Part shown: positions 1 through 13,399 of the stretch, piece after piece
Numbering within the stretch: the first letter of the stretch is position 1
Layout of the letters: every line of letters starts with the position of its first letter
Assembly (NCBI RefSeq): GCF_030684315.1
Contig: NC_081370.1
Location: 28,089,078-28,153,077 of the forward strand
DNA length: 64,000 nucleotides
Direction: 5' to 3'
From: Stegostoma tigrinum
Lineage: Eukaryota
Translations under genes and position numbers: made by a program
The notes under the pieces: model-generated
Told to the model about the DNA's origin: nothing
Database searches by the model: none
The model's input: the letters and a program-made list of their open reading frames with translations, nothing else

Positions 1-299
1 TGTTGTCGGCCTTGGAAACAGAGGCTGCAGCATCAGCAGCATTGTTGATGGTGTTGGCTGTACTGGAAGTGGAGTACCGGGCGGAAGCAGATGTGACGTC
101 ATCCGTGGGTGCTCCGACAGTAGCCACATGGACCATGGCAGTGGGGAAGGTCCTGGGTAGGGTGGCAGGCAACAGTAAGTTTAAAGTACTTTCAGTTTTT
201 AGTGTCCAATAAAGTCAAGTAGAATTGTGAGTTCAGATTGTGGATCCTACAAAGCATAAAAAAACAGGAGAGGTCCTTTGCAGGTCTGGGAGTGGGAGG

Positions 300-690
300 C
301 TCTGAGCTGGGATAGGCTTCATTGTAGTATCTGGAGATGCCGGTGCATTGCAGTGAGTGGGTATTTCAGGAGTTGCAGGGAGAAACGCTTCTGAAGGATA
401 TCAATGTTCTGAAGGTAACGATGATTACGGTTGGGACCAAATGGGGAAGGCTTAAATGTAGACTGTAGTCCATTGGGGATGATCTGGTTCCATAGGTGGG
501 TACTCAGAAAGGAAATGTGGCTGTAGTACCTGGTTTGCTTTAGGATGTGGTTGAGCAGTTTCTGAGCCGAAGAGATTACAAAAGGGTTGCAAAGGGAGAG
601 GGATACACTAAGGTTTTTCCAGAGGGCGGAGGGTGACTTCTTTAAGGTGGGCATCCTTAGAAGAGGCTTTGCAGTGGGGTTAAAATTGTT
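300..690 (-). mobile_element. Fragment of the N-terminal part of a Penelope-like element ORF
   Basis: ORF 319..654(-) contains RYYSHISFLSTHLWNQIIPNGLQ, resembling the H..FL..C....IP.GL N-terminal motif of PLE ORFs; abuts the PLE at 695. Confidence 0.5.
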
Positions 691-694
691 CTAG

Positions 695-2241
695 AGATAG
701 CAGGAATTGCCAATGCTGGAGAATCTGAGATAACAAGGTGTAGAGCTGGATGAACACAGCAGGCCAAGCAGAATGAGAGGAGCAGGAAAACTGACATTTC
801 GGGTCAAGACCCTTCTTCAGAAGTGGGGGAGGGTAAGGGGATTCTGAAATAAATAGGGAGAGAGGGGGAGGTGGATAGAACATGGATAGAGGAGAAGATA
901 GGTGAAGTGGAGACAGACAGGTCAAAGAGGTTAGGTTGGAGCTAGTAAAGGTGAACATAGGTGGGGAGTTAGGGAGGGGATAGGTCAGTCCAGGGAGAAC
1001 GGACAGGTCAAGGAAGTGGGATGAGGTTAGTGGGTAGGAGATGGGGGTTGGGGCTTGAGGTTGGAGGAATGGTTAGGGAGGCGGGGACGAGCTGGGCTGG
1101 TTTTGGGATGCAGTCGGGGGAAGGGAGATTTTGAAGCTTGTGAAATCCACATTGATACCATTGGGCTGCAGGGTTCCCAAGCGAAATTTGAGATGCTGTT
1201 CCTGCAGCTTTCGGGAAGCATCATTGTGGCAATACAGGAGGCCCAGGATGGACATGTAGTCCAAGGAATGGGAGGGGGAATTGAAATGGTTCGCGACTAG
1301 GAGGTGTGGCTGCTTGTTGTGAACCGAGCGTGTTCTGCAAAACTGTCCCCAAGCCTCTGCTTGGTTTCCCCAATGTAGAGGAGGCCACAATGGGAACAGC
1401 TGATACAGTATATCGCATTAACAGATGTGTAGGTGAACATCTGTTTGATGTGGAAGCTCTTCTTGGGGCCTGGGATGGGGTTTAGGTTAGCGGTGTAGGG
1501 GCAGGTGTAGCCTTGCTGCAGTTGCAGGGAAAAGTCCTGAGGGTGGTGGGTCTGGAGGGCAGTGTGGAGCGGACAAGGGAGTCACGGAGTGGGTGGTTCC
1601 TCCGGTAGGCACATAAGGGTGGGGAGGGAAAAATGTCTTTGGTAGTGGGGTCAGATTGCAGATGGGAAGATTGTGTCAGGTTATGTCAGGTCAAGGAGAC
1701 GGGGATGAGAGGGAGGGTTGGTCATCGCTTGAGGCCAGCGGTGATAATATTTTGAAACTGGTAAAGTTCACATTGAGACCATTGGGTTGTAGGCTCCAAA
1801 GGTGGAATATGAGGTGCTGCTCTTTATTCGCCTAGGGAGTGGGAGGCTGGAAGGAGCAGCACCTCATATTCTGCCTTGGGAGCCTACAACCCAATGGCCT
1901 CAATGTGGTTTACTAGTTTCAAAATCTCCCCACCCCCAAACTCATCCCATTACCAACCCTCCCTCTTATCCCCGCCTCCTTGACCTGACACAACCTGCCT
2001 ATCTCTCCCACTTATCCACTCCTCCCACCTCACTGACCAATCCCCACCAGTGTTGAACTGCATATACCTACCACGATCCCAGCTACCTTCTCCAGTCCCA
2101 TCCCATCTCTATCTATTTATTTCTGAGCTCTCATGCCCTCCCCCATTTCTGAAGAAGAGTTCCAACCTGAAACATCAACTTTCCTGCTCCTTTGATGCTG
2201 CCTGGCCTGCTATGCTCCTCCAGCTCCACACTGTGTTATCC
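695..2241. mobile_element. Penelope-like element family A (Neptune-like), inverted/fold-back insertion
   Basis: Left arm (-) encodes the GIY-YIG C-terminus (LQEQHLKFRLGTLQPNGINVDF); right arm (+) from ~1845 carries the same 3' end (..GAGCAGCACCTCATATT..TGATGCTGCCTGGCCTGCT..TTATC). Confidence 0.85.
793..820 (-). ncRNA. Minimal hammerhead-ribozyme-like motif in PLE terminal repeat
   Basis: Reverse complement reads CTGAAGA-A-GGGTC-TT-GACCC-GAAA-T-GTC: hammerhead core boxes around a perfectly complementary stem II. Confidence 0.65.
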
Positions 2242-2383
2242 ATTACTTGCATTCTGCTCCTCTGGCTGCTTCACTTTATTATTACAAATCCAAACAATCT
2301 GCTCCCTACCATATATCTGGATTTATGAAATGCTTTTGCTCATTCCTGAAGTTATTACATTTTCTTATAATCCCAACTGAATT

Positions 2384-3357
2384 TGTTACTGGACAAGTCC
2401 GATCCTAGACTGAAATCCAGCTTGACATTTTATTTTGATTTTGGTTTGAACAAGGAGGTCTTTCACTGAAATCCAAATACACAACGCTACAGATTTGGGT
2501 TTAACAATAAAGCAGAAATTTATTAGCAAAAGAAATGAATATATTATAGAATAGATCAAACTATTCACATATAACACATTTAAAGATTTTGAAATATTTA
2601 TTAAAATATGATCCTATTCATTCCAACAATATTCCATTATTGTACTCAAACATTAGCAAGAATGTTCTTCATTATCTCACATAGAATTTAACTTTGCTGT
2701 GGCTTTGGTTCCCAGTCTGATGAGGTGATAACTTCTTCCTTGATTCATCATGCGTTTGAACTTAAATTTTCTCAGCTTCAAAAAATCCTGTTGGGTTTTA
2801 ACCAAACACTTCTGCTCTGAAACCTTTAAACTAAACTCCTCACACCAAGGTAATCTAATCTTTAAACAATTCTAAACTATCCTCTCCTTTTCTAAGAGAA
2901 ACTGCTTTATACAATCAGCTTCATCCAAGACTTATGCAGAGCTACCAAACTGAAACTATAAAAAAAAATTCTTCCTGAAACATCAGCTTTTGTGCTCCTA
3001 AGATGCTGCTTGGCCTGCTGTGTTCATTCAGCACCACACTTGGTTATTTATTTTCCCCAAGATACGTGTGTTTCCTCTTAGACTCCCCCTCCAAAAATTC
3101 CAGAATCTTCTAACTGAAAACTTGATCCAGTATTCTCTACTTCGTTTATGTGCAAATTCTCAGACTGTAAATAAATTCAAAATCTATCTCTCATGCTGTT
3201 TTATTAAACAAAAAATACTATGGCTACTGAAATAATGGCGTTAGTTATTAAATCAATTCATACATATCAAAAACCCCAATGCCACTAGTTCAAATTTAAA
3301 CATCTAAAATCAAAATAAGTAATCTCATGATATATAAAGTACACATTTTACATCACA
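2384..3357. repeat. Possible solo-LTR-like or unclassified repeat containing a short PLE tail fragment (~2975-3040)
   Basis: TGTTAC...CATCACA ends; PLE 3' tail text CCTGAAACATCAGCTTTTGTGCTCCTAAGATGCTGCTTGGCC is embedded. No TSD recognised. Confidence 0.25.
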
Positions 3358-3429
3358 ATATATACATAGGATGTCTGACAGAGTTCTGCACTTTTAAGCT
3401 GTATTGCTAAGTAGTAAATGATGGACATA

Positions 3430-3745
3430 GCAAAATTGGTTTTAGCACCATCTTTATTGTGTGACATGAGCTCAAAATCATGATAGATTGAGGTAAAATA
3501 AGTAGGAGGAAGCTTTTCTCACTGATGGAAGGGTCAAGATATGAACTGAATGTCAAAAGAACCAATGGTGAGATGAGGAAAAATCTTTTTATGCAGCATA
3601 TGGTTAGAATTTGGGTTTTACTGCCTGAAAACATTTTGAAGGAAATCAAGACTTTCAATTTGCAGGTTAATGGTGACATTGTGGGGGAGCAGAAATTGTT
3701 TTTGCAATTAGCCAAGTAAGAATGAACCAAATGATCCTCATCTGT
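3430..3745 (+). mobile_element. Degenerate CR1 LINE 3' fragment
   Basis: Translation ..RKNLFMQHMVRIWVLLP matches the CR1 ORF2 C-terminal motif FF.QRVV..WN.LP. Confidence 0.65.
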
Positions 3746-4719
3746 GTTGAAAACATTCTAAGATTCCTTGCTGAATTGATCTGTGCCAGAGTGTTCTGAT
3801 TGAACAGGATTATTAAAATAGATCAGCAGCAACTTGAGCGGTGTCATTTGTAAGGATGGCCCATTTAGTCAGCTGAAATCTAGCAGCAATGACTTCAGAG
3901 AGTGGTGTTTTATTTCTGTGCGCCAAACCACACATACAATATGTCAGTCTTTACTAAATAATGCCATATAAATAACTATGTTTGACACATTTTAATGTAA
4001 AAATATGGTAGCCACTTTTTCAGGAACATTAACAAAGGTCTATATTGCTGATGCATTGTGAACCAACATGCAATTTGCAAAATAAAGCATTTAACCTTCT
4101 CTTGCTGGAGAGGTTGTCAAGATACTAATATTTTATAACCTGTATAATTTAATAACTGAAAATAAATCACTGGCATCATGAGATGCAAGGAGACGATTTG
4201 TATTTTATTTCATCTGTAAGTATTTGGAGCTGTGAAGTCCAGGCAAAGGCTCAGGGACAGTTCCATTTCCCCCCCATATTCTATCTACGAGGAAGTCATT
4301 CTCAGTGTTCTATTAATTCTACATCAGTCTGGTCTTTTGACGTCAATCAGTGCAAAGCACTGAAGACTGGTTCAATTCTGTAAAGCTAGTGACTATTATT
4401 AAAACAATTTTGAAGGTTTTTAAAGATTTAGCAAATTAGTTGCTGGTGGTGAGATACTTTGGATTTATGAATGTGCATAGTGCTAATGATCATGTTCTAT
4501 TATACATGCATTTTACCTAAATACTTAGGTATACATAGCATTATGAACTAATTTGCTAAAACATGCATTAAGGGAAAATGCAGTTAAAATTATGCTAATC
4601 AACAACTTAATGATTTACTCTTGAAGAAGTGCACTTATTCCTTGGTAGAAAATAAAACTGAAAATTCTGGAAATTATCAGCAGCTTACGCAGCATTGGGG
4701 CATGGAAGCATAGTATTTA

Positions 4720-5118
4720 TCTATTGGGCCGGTAATTCAGACATCTGGGAAAATCATCTGGAGATTTGAATTGCTAGGTGGGAAATTTAAATTCCATAAA
4801 TTAAATAAATCCGGAATTCAACTCAATATTGAATTATTTTATAAAATGTTAATATTATTAAACCAATTAATTGTGATTATGAAGCAAACATTTTTCGTAA
4901 AAACCTATCTGATTCTGTAGTGTCATTTGTGAAGGAATTGTGATATCCTAACCTAGTCTGGGTATATGACTCCAACAATGTGTTTGACTTTTAACTGCCT
5001 TTTGATATGGCTCCACAAATCACCTTTGTAGTCAAGAATGTGGGTCAATAATCCCTTTCAATAGCAGTTGGAGATCAGGATTAAGTTACCAGCGAAATCT
5101 CATGAGTGAATTTAAAAA
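4720..5118 (+). mobile_element. DeuSINE (SacSINE1-like) relic
   Basis: CGTAAAAACCTATCTGATTC..GAAGGAA..CCTAACCTAGTCTGG..GACTCCAACAATGTGTTTGACTTTTAACTGCC resembles the shark SacSINE1 sequence as I recall it; related relics at ~46440-46620 and ~53670-53726. Confidence 0.55.
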
Positions 5119-7084
5119 TCCGAAATAATAACTGATGAGTTTGTTATTTAGTTGTCTACCATTTATCACAATCCAAATGACAAGCATTTATACAAATTAC
5201 CATTGTCAAAATCAGAGATCAATTTAGAGTGACATTTTGGGTCTTTTGACATTTTAATCTGGCACACATTACAAACTGTCTGAACATATTGAGTTGTTTA
5301 TTCAATATGTGCACATTAAATTAGTCTTTTGTAACATCAAAAAATTAGCAATATTAGTATTTCCTTGTGGTTTAACACTGATGGTTGTTGAGCTGAGGAG
5401 GTAGGAACAGAGGTTGACAACTTCTTAGTCTTGGATTTCCAATGGCTTGTTGATTCCTGTCATTGTCCCACCTCTCATGATTTTGGACCTCTAGAACAGC
5501 AGCCCATCAGACAGTGGCTGATTATCATGCAAACAATATTTGCTGCTGTTTCCCCTTTAAACCAAGCTAGCCCCATCTAAGAAACTGCCTCCTCAAGGTA
5601 TCCATCATCCCTATCAAATGGTGAATGTGCCATTCTGCTACTAATTGGCCATTTCTTTGAAAATTGTATTGATAGTCAAGAGTCAATCAAAGTGAAGTCA
5701 GGACATGGAACTTTTTTTAAAGAATTACGACAAGTGTGTTAATTATGTCAGATGGATATTTGGGACATTATTGCTCTATAGATTTATAATAACATGAAAC
5801 TCAAGTGATTCTATCAATCTGCTAAAGTAGCTAAAGCTTTTCAGTTGAGTGCATGTAGATCACAGATCAACCTAGCCTGAAAATGATCAGCAAATTGCTG
5901 GAAGAGAAAATCAAAGACTTAGGGTAGACAGTTAAAACTGCAGCACACTAAAGAGAACAAGGAGGAAGATTTCAGTTACAAGAGGAAGTAATCAGCTATG
6001 TAACTATAGTTATATATAACCTATAGGATTATATTACTATAGGATATATTACAATAAATCACAATTTGCATTGGTAACAACTTTCAAAGCCAAAATGTTC
6101 TCCATTAAGAAAATGGACAGAAGTGGCATGCCAGCACCAACAATTCCAAATCACACACTTGGGTAAATATCACTCTGAGACAAAATGCTGAAATGCCCTA
6201 AGAACACTGTAGGAATATTTTCATCACATGAATTATAGGTTTTCACGGAGATGCGCTTAAAGACAACTATTACATGCTAGAATATTTATGTTAAAAATGA
6301 TCCAGGAACTAGAAGTTTTTTTCCTGTATTTTTCCATTAGGAATGATATTACCTCCCCAAGTGCATATTAAAGAGCTAATACAAATACTGGAGAAAATTC
6401 CTGCAATTTACAAGAGTCAGTAAAGTTAATTTTCCTCTACTGCCTCCCAACCTATCAATGAGCTTTATCATTCCCATCATCCTTAGTTCAATAGGCACTA
6501 CTTTCAATAATACTCTCTGTGCACTTCTTTTTACAACAGAATCAACACAAATAAAATAACAAATGTGAATAATAGTGCATTGCGTGTGATGCCAGTGCCA
6601 TTAGTGCAAGGCATTGGAAAGTGAAATGCTGGATGCCAAAAATAGAGAGCAAGCTGTTTCCTAGCATTGACATCCTAACAATAATATGTACTAAGATGAA
6701 ACAAATTTAAAAAAAATGAAATAATTGTTCCAGACTGAAGGAAGATTTTAGCATAAAATATTTGTTGGTAATTCAAGAAAAATATGACTTTTTTGAATAA
6801 CATTAAAAAATCTGATAAATAAGAATAGTTCAGTAACTTATAATAGGATTTAGATAGTGGAGAGTATTTTCCACTGCTGAAATCACAAAGACTGAATATT
6901 AATTTAATTGGAACAACTCTTGTTTAAAATGAATCATGTTTTAGCATTTATCCAACCTATTTCTGGCTCAAGGCTATTATTATACTTCCTTTCCTTACGT
7001 TGTATGCTTTCTGATCTAGTTTCTATGTCTTTGCTTTCACCTCCACATCAAATTGTACTGGAAATAGCCCCTTGGCTGGAATTA

Positions 7085-8990
7085 TAGAGATATACAGCAC
7101 AGACAGACCCTTCAGTCCAACTCGTCCAGCTATCCTAAATAAATATCGTCCCATTGCCAGCATTTGGCCCATGTCTCTCTAAACCTTTTCTATTCATATA
7201 CCCATCCAGATGCCTTTTAGATGTTGTAATTGTACCTGCCTCCACTACTTCCTCATTCCATACACACGCCACCTCCTGCATGAAAAAGTTGCCCCTTAGA
7301 TCCCTTATAAACATTTCCCCTCTCACCTTAAACCAAGTTTTGGACTCCCCAACCCCAGGGAAAAGACATTGTCTATTTACCCTATCCATGCCCCTCATGA
7401 TTTTATAAACCCCTATAAGGTCACCCCTCAGCCTCTGTCGCTCCAGGGAAAAAAGCGCCAGTTCCATTGAGCCTCACCCGAGAGCTCAAGGCTCCAATTC
7501 TGACAACATCCTTGTTAATCTTTTATGAACCTTTTCAAGTTTCACAACATCCTTCCTACAGCAGGGAGACCAGAACGGCACACAGTATTCCAACAGTAGC
7601 CTAACCAATGTTCTATACAGCTGCAACATGACTTCCCAACTCCTACACTCAGTGCACTGACCGATCAAGGCAAGCATACTAAACGTCTACTTCACTATCC
7701 TGTCTACCTGGGACTCCACTTTCAAGGAACAATGAACCTGTACTCCAAGGTCTGTATGATCAACAACACTCCCCAGGACTTTCCCATTAAGTGCATAAGT
7801 CCTGCCTGATTTGCCTTTCCAAAATGCAGCACCTCACATTTATCTAAATTAAACTTCATTTGCCACTCCTCAGCCCATTGGCCCATCTCATCAAGGTCAC
7901 ATCGTACTCTGAGGTAACCTTTCTGGCTATCCACTACACCACCAATTTTGGTGTCACCTACAAACTTACTAAACATACCTCCTACATTCACATCCAAATC
8001 ACTTATATAATTGTGATCAAATGCCACATCGATCCTTGTGGCACACTGCTGGTTACAGACCTCCAGTCTGAAAAGTAACTCTCCACCACCACTCTTTGTC
8101 TTCTACCTTTCAGCCAGTTCTGTATCCAAATTGTTAGTTTCCCCTCTATTTTGTGTGATCTAACCTTGCTAACCAGTCTACTGTGAGAAACCTCGTTGAA
8201 CGCCTTACTTACTTAGATCATATCCGCTGCTCTGTCTCCATCAATCCTCTTCATTACTTCTTCAAAAAACTCAATCATGTTAGTGACACACAATTTCCAC
8301 ACCCAAAGCCATGCTGACTATCCCTAATCAGTCTTCGCCTTTCCAAATGCATGTATATCCTGTGCCTTGGGATTCCCTTCAACAACTTGCCCACCACCGA
8401 TGTCAGGCTCACTGATGCATTGTTCCCTGGTTTTTCCTTCCCAACAGTCTTAAACAGTGGCAACACTTTAGCCAACCTCCAGTCTTCCAGCACCTCACCT
8501 GCGGCTATCAATGATACAAATATCTCAGCAACGGGTGCAGCAACCACTTCCCTAGCTTTCCACAGAGTCCTGGGGTATACCTGATCAGGTCCCAGGGATT
8601 AATCCACCTTTTGCATTTTAAGATGTTTAGCTCCTCTTCTAGTGTAATATGGACATTTTTCAAGATGCCGCTATTTATTTGCCCACATTCTTTTTCTCCA
8701 TGGAAAACACTGATGTAAAATATTCACTCATCTCCTGTGGTTCCACACATAGGTGGCCTTGCTGATTTTTATGGAGACCTATTCTCTCCCTAGTTAGCCT
8801 TTTGTCTTAATGTATTTGTAGAATCCCTTTGGATTCTCCTTAATCCTATTTGCCAAAGCTATCTCATGTCCCCTTTTTGCCATCCTGATTTCCTTCTTAA
8901 GTATACTCCCACTGCATTTATACTCTGCTGGGATTCACTCAATCTCAGCTGTCTGTACCTGAAATATTCTTCCTTCTTATCCTTAACCAT
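7085..8990 (-). mobile_element. 5'-truncated CR1 (HER1-like) LINE, RT and C-terminal region, disrupted
   Basis: ORFs 8275..8547 (EDWRLAKVLPLFK..SLTSVVGKLL..QHGF), 7722..8027 (SKFVGDTKIGG..FNLDKCEVLHFG), 7486..7677 and 7135..7467 (RLRGDLI..NFFMQ..WN). Confidence 0.92.
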
Positions 8991-10499
8991 GCTCTAAGGC
9001 AATGCATGCCATTCTAATGGTTAAGCAAGGTAATTAATTGGATATGAACTTGGATTATTAATAATGCAAAACTGGATTTATCATTTATAACTCACCTGCA
9101 ATAGCTCACGAATGATTGAATCTAATCACATTAACTATTTTTAGATCATAAATAATGAAAAACCGGCTGATAGTGTCGGCAAAAATGCTGTGTTTTCATC
9201 ACATATTTATTAGGAGTTAGAGGTCCAAGCATCAAAGTTGTGCAGGCATCTCATTTATTTCATTAGATGAACACCCTGTCAGAAGCCAGTTCAGTTCCTG
9301 AAATTAAATACATGTGTATTTTTTAAACCAGGTATGATTATGCTTCAATTCAACTTCAGCATTAGATTCAATAAATGCTGGACTATTATACTGATATTGA
9401 AGAGTCTTGAATAGTTGAGCACAGTCTCCATTTATCCAACACATGGGGATAAAGTGAGTGACTAATATTAGTTGGACCACTGTGCTGAGATTTGGCATAA
9501 ACTTGATGGAACAATGACTCACTGTACACTGACAAACAATCTGATGACCCTGTAGAAGTGTGCACATTACCTGAGAACAGGAAAGGCTGAACTGTGGTAT
9601 TTTTCACGCTTCAATGATTTGCTGGTATGCAATGTCATGGTTCAAATGATGTTCCTTTAGTTCTGGTACTGGAGGGTATTTGACATTGTTGATGCTGTAG
9701 CTCAGATCCAGCTCCATGAGCAGGAAAGATGATGAGAGAGGAGAAAGCTGCAGAAGGGGAGAAAAGGACTTAAATTTTTTGTACCCTCCCCACCCCCATG
9801 CATGACCAAGTCAAGGCAAAGGTCAGAAAGGGTTTTTTAAAAACTGAAAGAATTACTCAATAACACCTGCTCAAGCTGATGACTCAGTCTGAAGGTAAAC
9901 AGTGAAGGAAGGCATTCAAGTACAGTTGTCATAGAAACTTGAGATATGTAGGGCACTAACATGCTGCTTTTATAAATAATATAGCAGCAAGAATCAGCAG
10001 TTGTTGATATAATTCTGGATAAATCAATTTAGCTTTCTTTAAAAAATTATTATATTTAAAGTAACAATGGTACAAATAGTTATAAACTTATTCTTAAAAT
10101 TAAATATATACAATTTTGACTTCTTGAAATAGCGTTGCTCATTTAATCCACTTGCATTCTGTTGGTACGCTAAAAGGTTTAAAACCATAGAATTTCGCAG
10201 GAGACATATAGTCAACCCCACAATTCCGCAGGAAATTCAAAGAACAATTGGATAATTGAACTATTCCTTCCACAGACACTTTATGCAATTACACTTCCAT
10301 GAAAGGGATGAGACAGAATAACCCTATCATATCTGGTAAATGAGTAATGTATACGCAGCTGTTCACAGTGGAAGATCAATATATTCCAACTAAAACTGAC
10401 GTCTTGTCAATGTTGTTGCTCTCCACATGGACCATGTCAACTGGATCTTCCCCCTCCCACTGCTTAGGGAGCAAGTACCTCAAACCTGTTGGACAAGAT

Positions 10500-10830
10500 T
10501 CAAGAACTAAGGCTTATTCAATGCTAAATTCAAGATCTCTCTACTTGCCTCACATGTAGTCACATTCTACTGTCCCTGCCCACTGATAAAATCTGAAGTA
10601 TTTAACCTAGAGGTTCTGACTGCCTCCTGAAGCATAGCATGCAGATAACTCTACCCCTCCCTGACATATTGCAGCTTTCAAAGTTCAGACTCCAGCTCAT
10701 CAACTAGGAACTGGAATTGCTCCACCCACCAAACTTGCTGCAGATATGGTCACTATGAACCACAATGGAGTTTACCAGCTCCCATATCATGCAGGTACAG
10801 CACACCACCTTGCCTTGCATTTCCAAATTA
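10500..10830 (-). mobile_element. CR1 5'/ORF1 region relic (related relic at ~54700-55210)
   Basis: CAGACTCCAGCTCATCAACT and CAGCTCCCATATCATGCAGG read on the minus strand like the CR1 ORF1 N-terminal C..C.MWE / VDELES region. Confidence 0.45.
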
Positions 10831-12769
10831 TTCAATTAGTTTTTAATTTGTAGTTTTAAAATTTTCTACAGGAATTTAGGTTTCAATCTGTAAAACATTT
10901 CTCCAACTTACCTTTAATTGGAAAGCAATTTAGAATATTCAGTTTAGCAGTTACTCACCAACCAATGAACTTATGGGTTTTCCTGTGATGGGCACTTTTT
11001 CTCCCCAATGCTTCCAATCCCTGAGTGTCTCGTGGTGGCTCGTCTCTCTCTCTCCAGGTCCCAAGTAAGTGTGTAGACCTTGAATTTTATTTCCCACTCA
11101 GTCTCAGTGTCCTTCCCTGCTCACTCCTCTTTCCCCTTTTGCCCCAAATTCTTTCAGATATTATTTGGATGTAATGAGCAGATGTATTCACCAATGAGAA
11201 AAATGGAAGCACTTATTGCCTCCCTACCCCCTCCCCTTTCACCCAGCTCCCTATTTCACCAAACTCTAGTTACACTCTAATGCATTTGGAAAAAGAAAGC
11301 ATAAGGCTGAATTTTCAGCTCCCTCTCCCAAAAAGGAATGGAGCTAGATTGGATATGCAAAAATAATGATGAGGGTGGCATATCAATTTTCAGTGTTAAC
11401 AATAATAAGCAGTGTAGCAGGTGGATGGGTCAGGAATCCCTCCTTGCTTTCCTTTCTTCAGGTTTCAATGAATCACCCCTCATTCTTCAATACAGAGAAT
11501 ACAGGCCCTGTGGATCACACTTCATATGACAGTTCCACTACACCAGGAACAAGCCTAGTGAACCTTTGATGCAGTCCCTCTATGACAATAATCTTCCCTG
11601 AAATAAGGAGCTCAAACTGCACACATTCAAAATTCAAACAAGACTTCACTACACTTGTACTCAAATCAGGCAGAATAGATCGTGTGTCCCTTTCCATCAA
11701 TAACCTCATTCGGAAAACGTTAACCCATTGCTATTAGTCAAAGTAGGGCTTTATAGAATGATGAGTTAGCTTCTAAAAATGAAATGGTAAGGCATCCAAA
11801 ACAAGCCATACGCTAGTTTATAATAATTTTGAGTACAACTATGAAAAATCCCATATTTTTGGAAAACAAAATACTGAAAAAAATTAAAAGTTAAGCATTA
11901 TATTTTGAAATTTCCATCACTGGGTGATGCCAGGAACATTAAACTTTTTGATTTTAGCCATGCAACATCATGCAAACCTATGTGTTCTCTAGTGCAGGTA
12001 GATTTAAAAATTTTCTCATGAGTAAGGGAGGTAAACATTATCCTTGAGCTTGTAAAGCTAAAAAGATGAAAGTATCTTAGCAGTGAAGACTTTATAAGGC
12101 AGCAGCTATGACATTTTTCATAGTGAAAATATTGGAATGAATTCTAAAAAGGGATCCAACAACGACACCTATTGCGTGTTATATTGATAATAAGTCATTA
12201 TAAGATAACATGCACTCCACAATTTATAAAACCTGAGGATCAATATTACAGCATGAAAACAATAGATAGAGAATGGAGGGGTCTCCAAATTGAAATGGGT
12301 AGATAGCAGCTATCAGTCATCTTATTGTTTGTCAAAGAAAGCAACAAGTTTCAAGAAATTACTGGGCGCCCTAGACAAAGGGCCTTAGAACTTTATTATG
12401 CAAAAAAAAGGAATATAATGTGTTGTCATTTTCATATGTTTTGCTTGTTTTTAGATAAATCAACCATAAAAAATGAAAATTGGGAACACGTTAAAATCCA
12501 ATATGGTCTGAAAGACTGAACAAAAACAGAAATTGGAGAAACTCAGCAGGTCTGGCAGCATTTGTGGAGAGAAAGTTAATGTTTCCAGCATCTGCAACTC
12601 TTTGTTTTATTTTTGGTCTGAAGGACTGCCTGAGAGTTAATGGAATGAGGAGCAATTGATAGATATTTTAAGACTTACTTGGGTTGAATTGGGTGTAAAG
12701 AGAGTTAGTATTTGGTGAGATGTGTTTTACAGAATGTGGCAAACTGAAATAAAGCTCTTGCATAAAAAC

Positions 12770-13398
12770 ACAGACATAGAAACATAGGAGCAGGCCACTG
12801 GCCCTTTAAGCCTGCTCCACCATTCAATATAATCATTGTTGATCATCCAACTTGATACCCTGTTCCCACTTTCTCCCCATAACCTTAGACACTTATGGGC
12901 CTCATAACTATAATCAACTCCTTCTTGAAAACATTCAATAGTTTGGCCTCAATTGCTTTCTGTGGCAGAAAATTCCACATTGTCACCAGTTTCTGGGTGA
13001 AGAAATTTCTCTTCAACTCAGTTCGAAATAGCATACCTGCATCATTAAGCCATGACCTTTGGCTTTGGAGTCCCCAGAAGATCCTTCTTGCATTTAAACT
13101 ATCCTCTGAGCATTTTAGAGGAGTCTATGAGATCTCCCCTCATTCTTCTAAACTGTGGTGAACACAGTCCTAACTCATCCAGTCTCTATTCATACATCAG
13201 TCCTGCCAACCCAGTAATCAATCTAGTAAAGTTTAATTGCAATCCTTCCATAGCCAGAGCACTCTTCCTCACATAATGAGACCAAAACTGCACACAATAC
13301 TCTGGGGTGGTCTCACTCAGGCCCTGTATAATTTCAGCAAAACATCCCTGTTCTTGAACTCAAATCCAATCACTCTGAAAGCCAACATAACATTTGTC
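12770..13398 (-). mobile_element. CR1 LINE 3' end, abutting a PLE
   Basis: ACATAGAAACATAGGAGCAGGCC tail and TTCTGGGTGAAGAAATTTCT (reverse complement of RNFFTQ), CAAAACTGCACACAATACTC. Confidence 0.75.
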
Positions 13399-13399
13399 T

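Noticed and set aside
6341-6423. Acceptor-like site followed by MILPPQVHIKELIQILEKIPAIYKSQ*
   Set aside because: No homology and no partner exons; expected by chance in AT-rich DNA.
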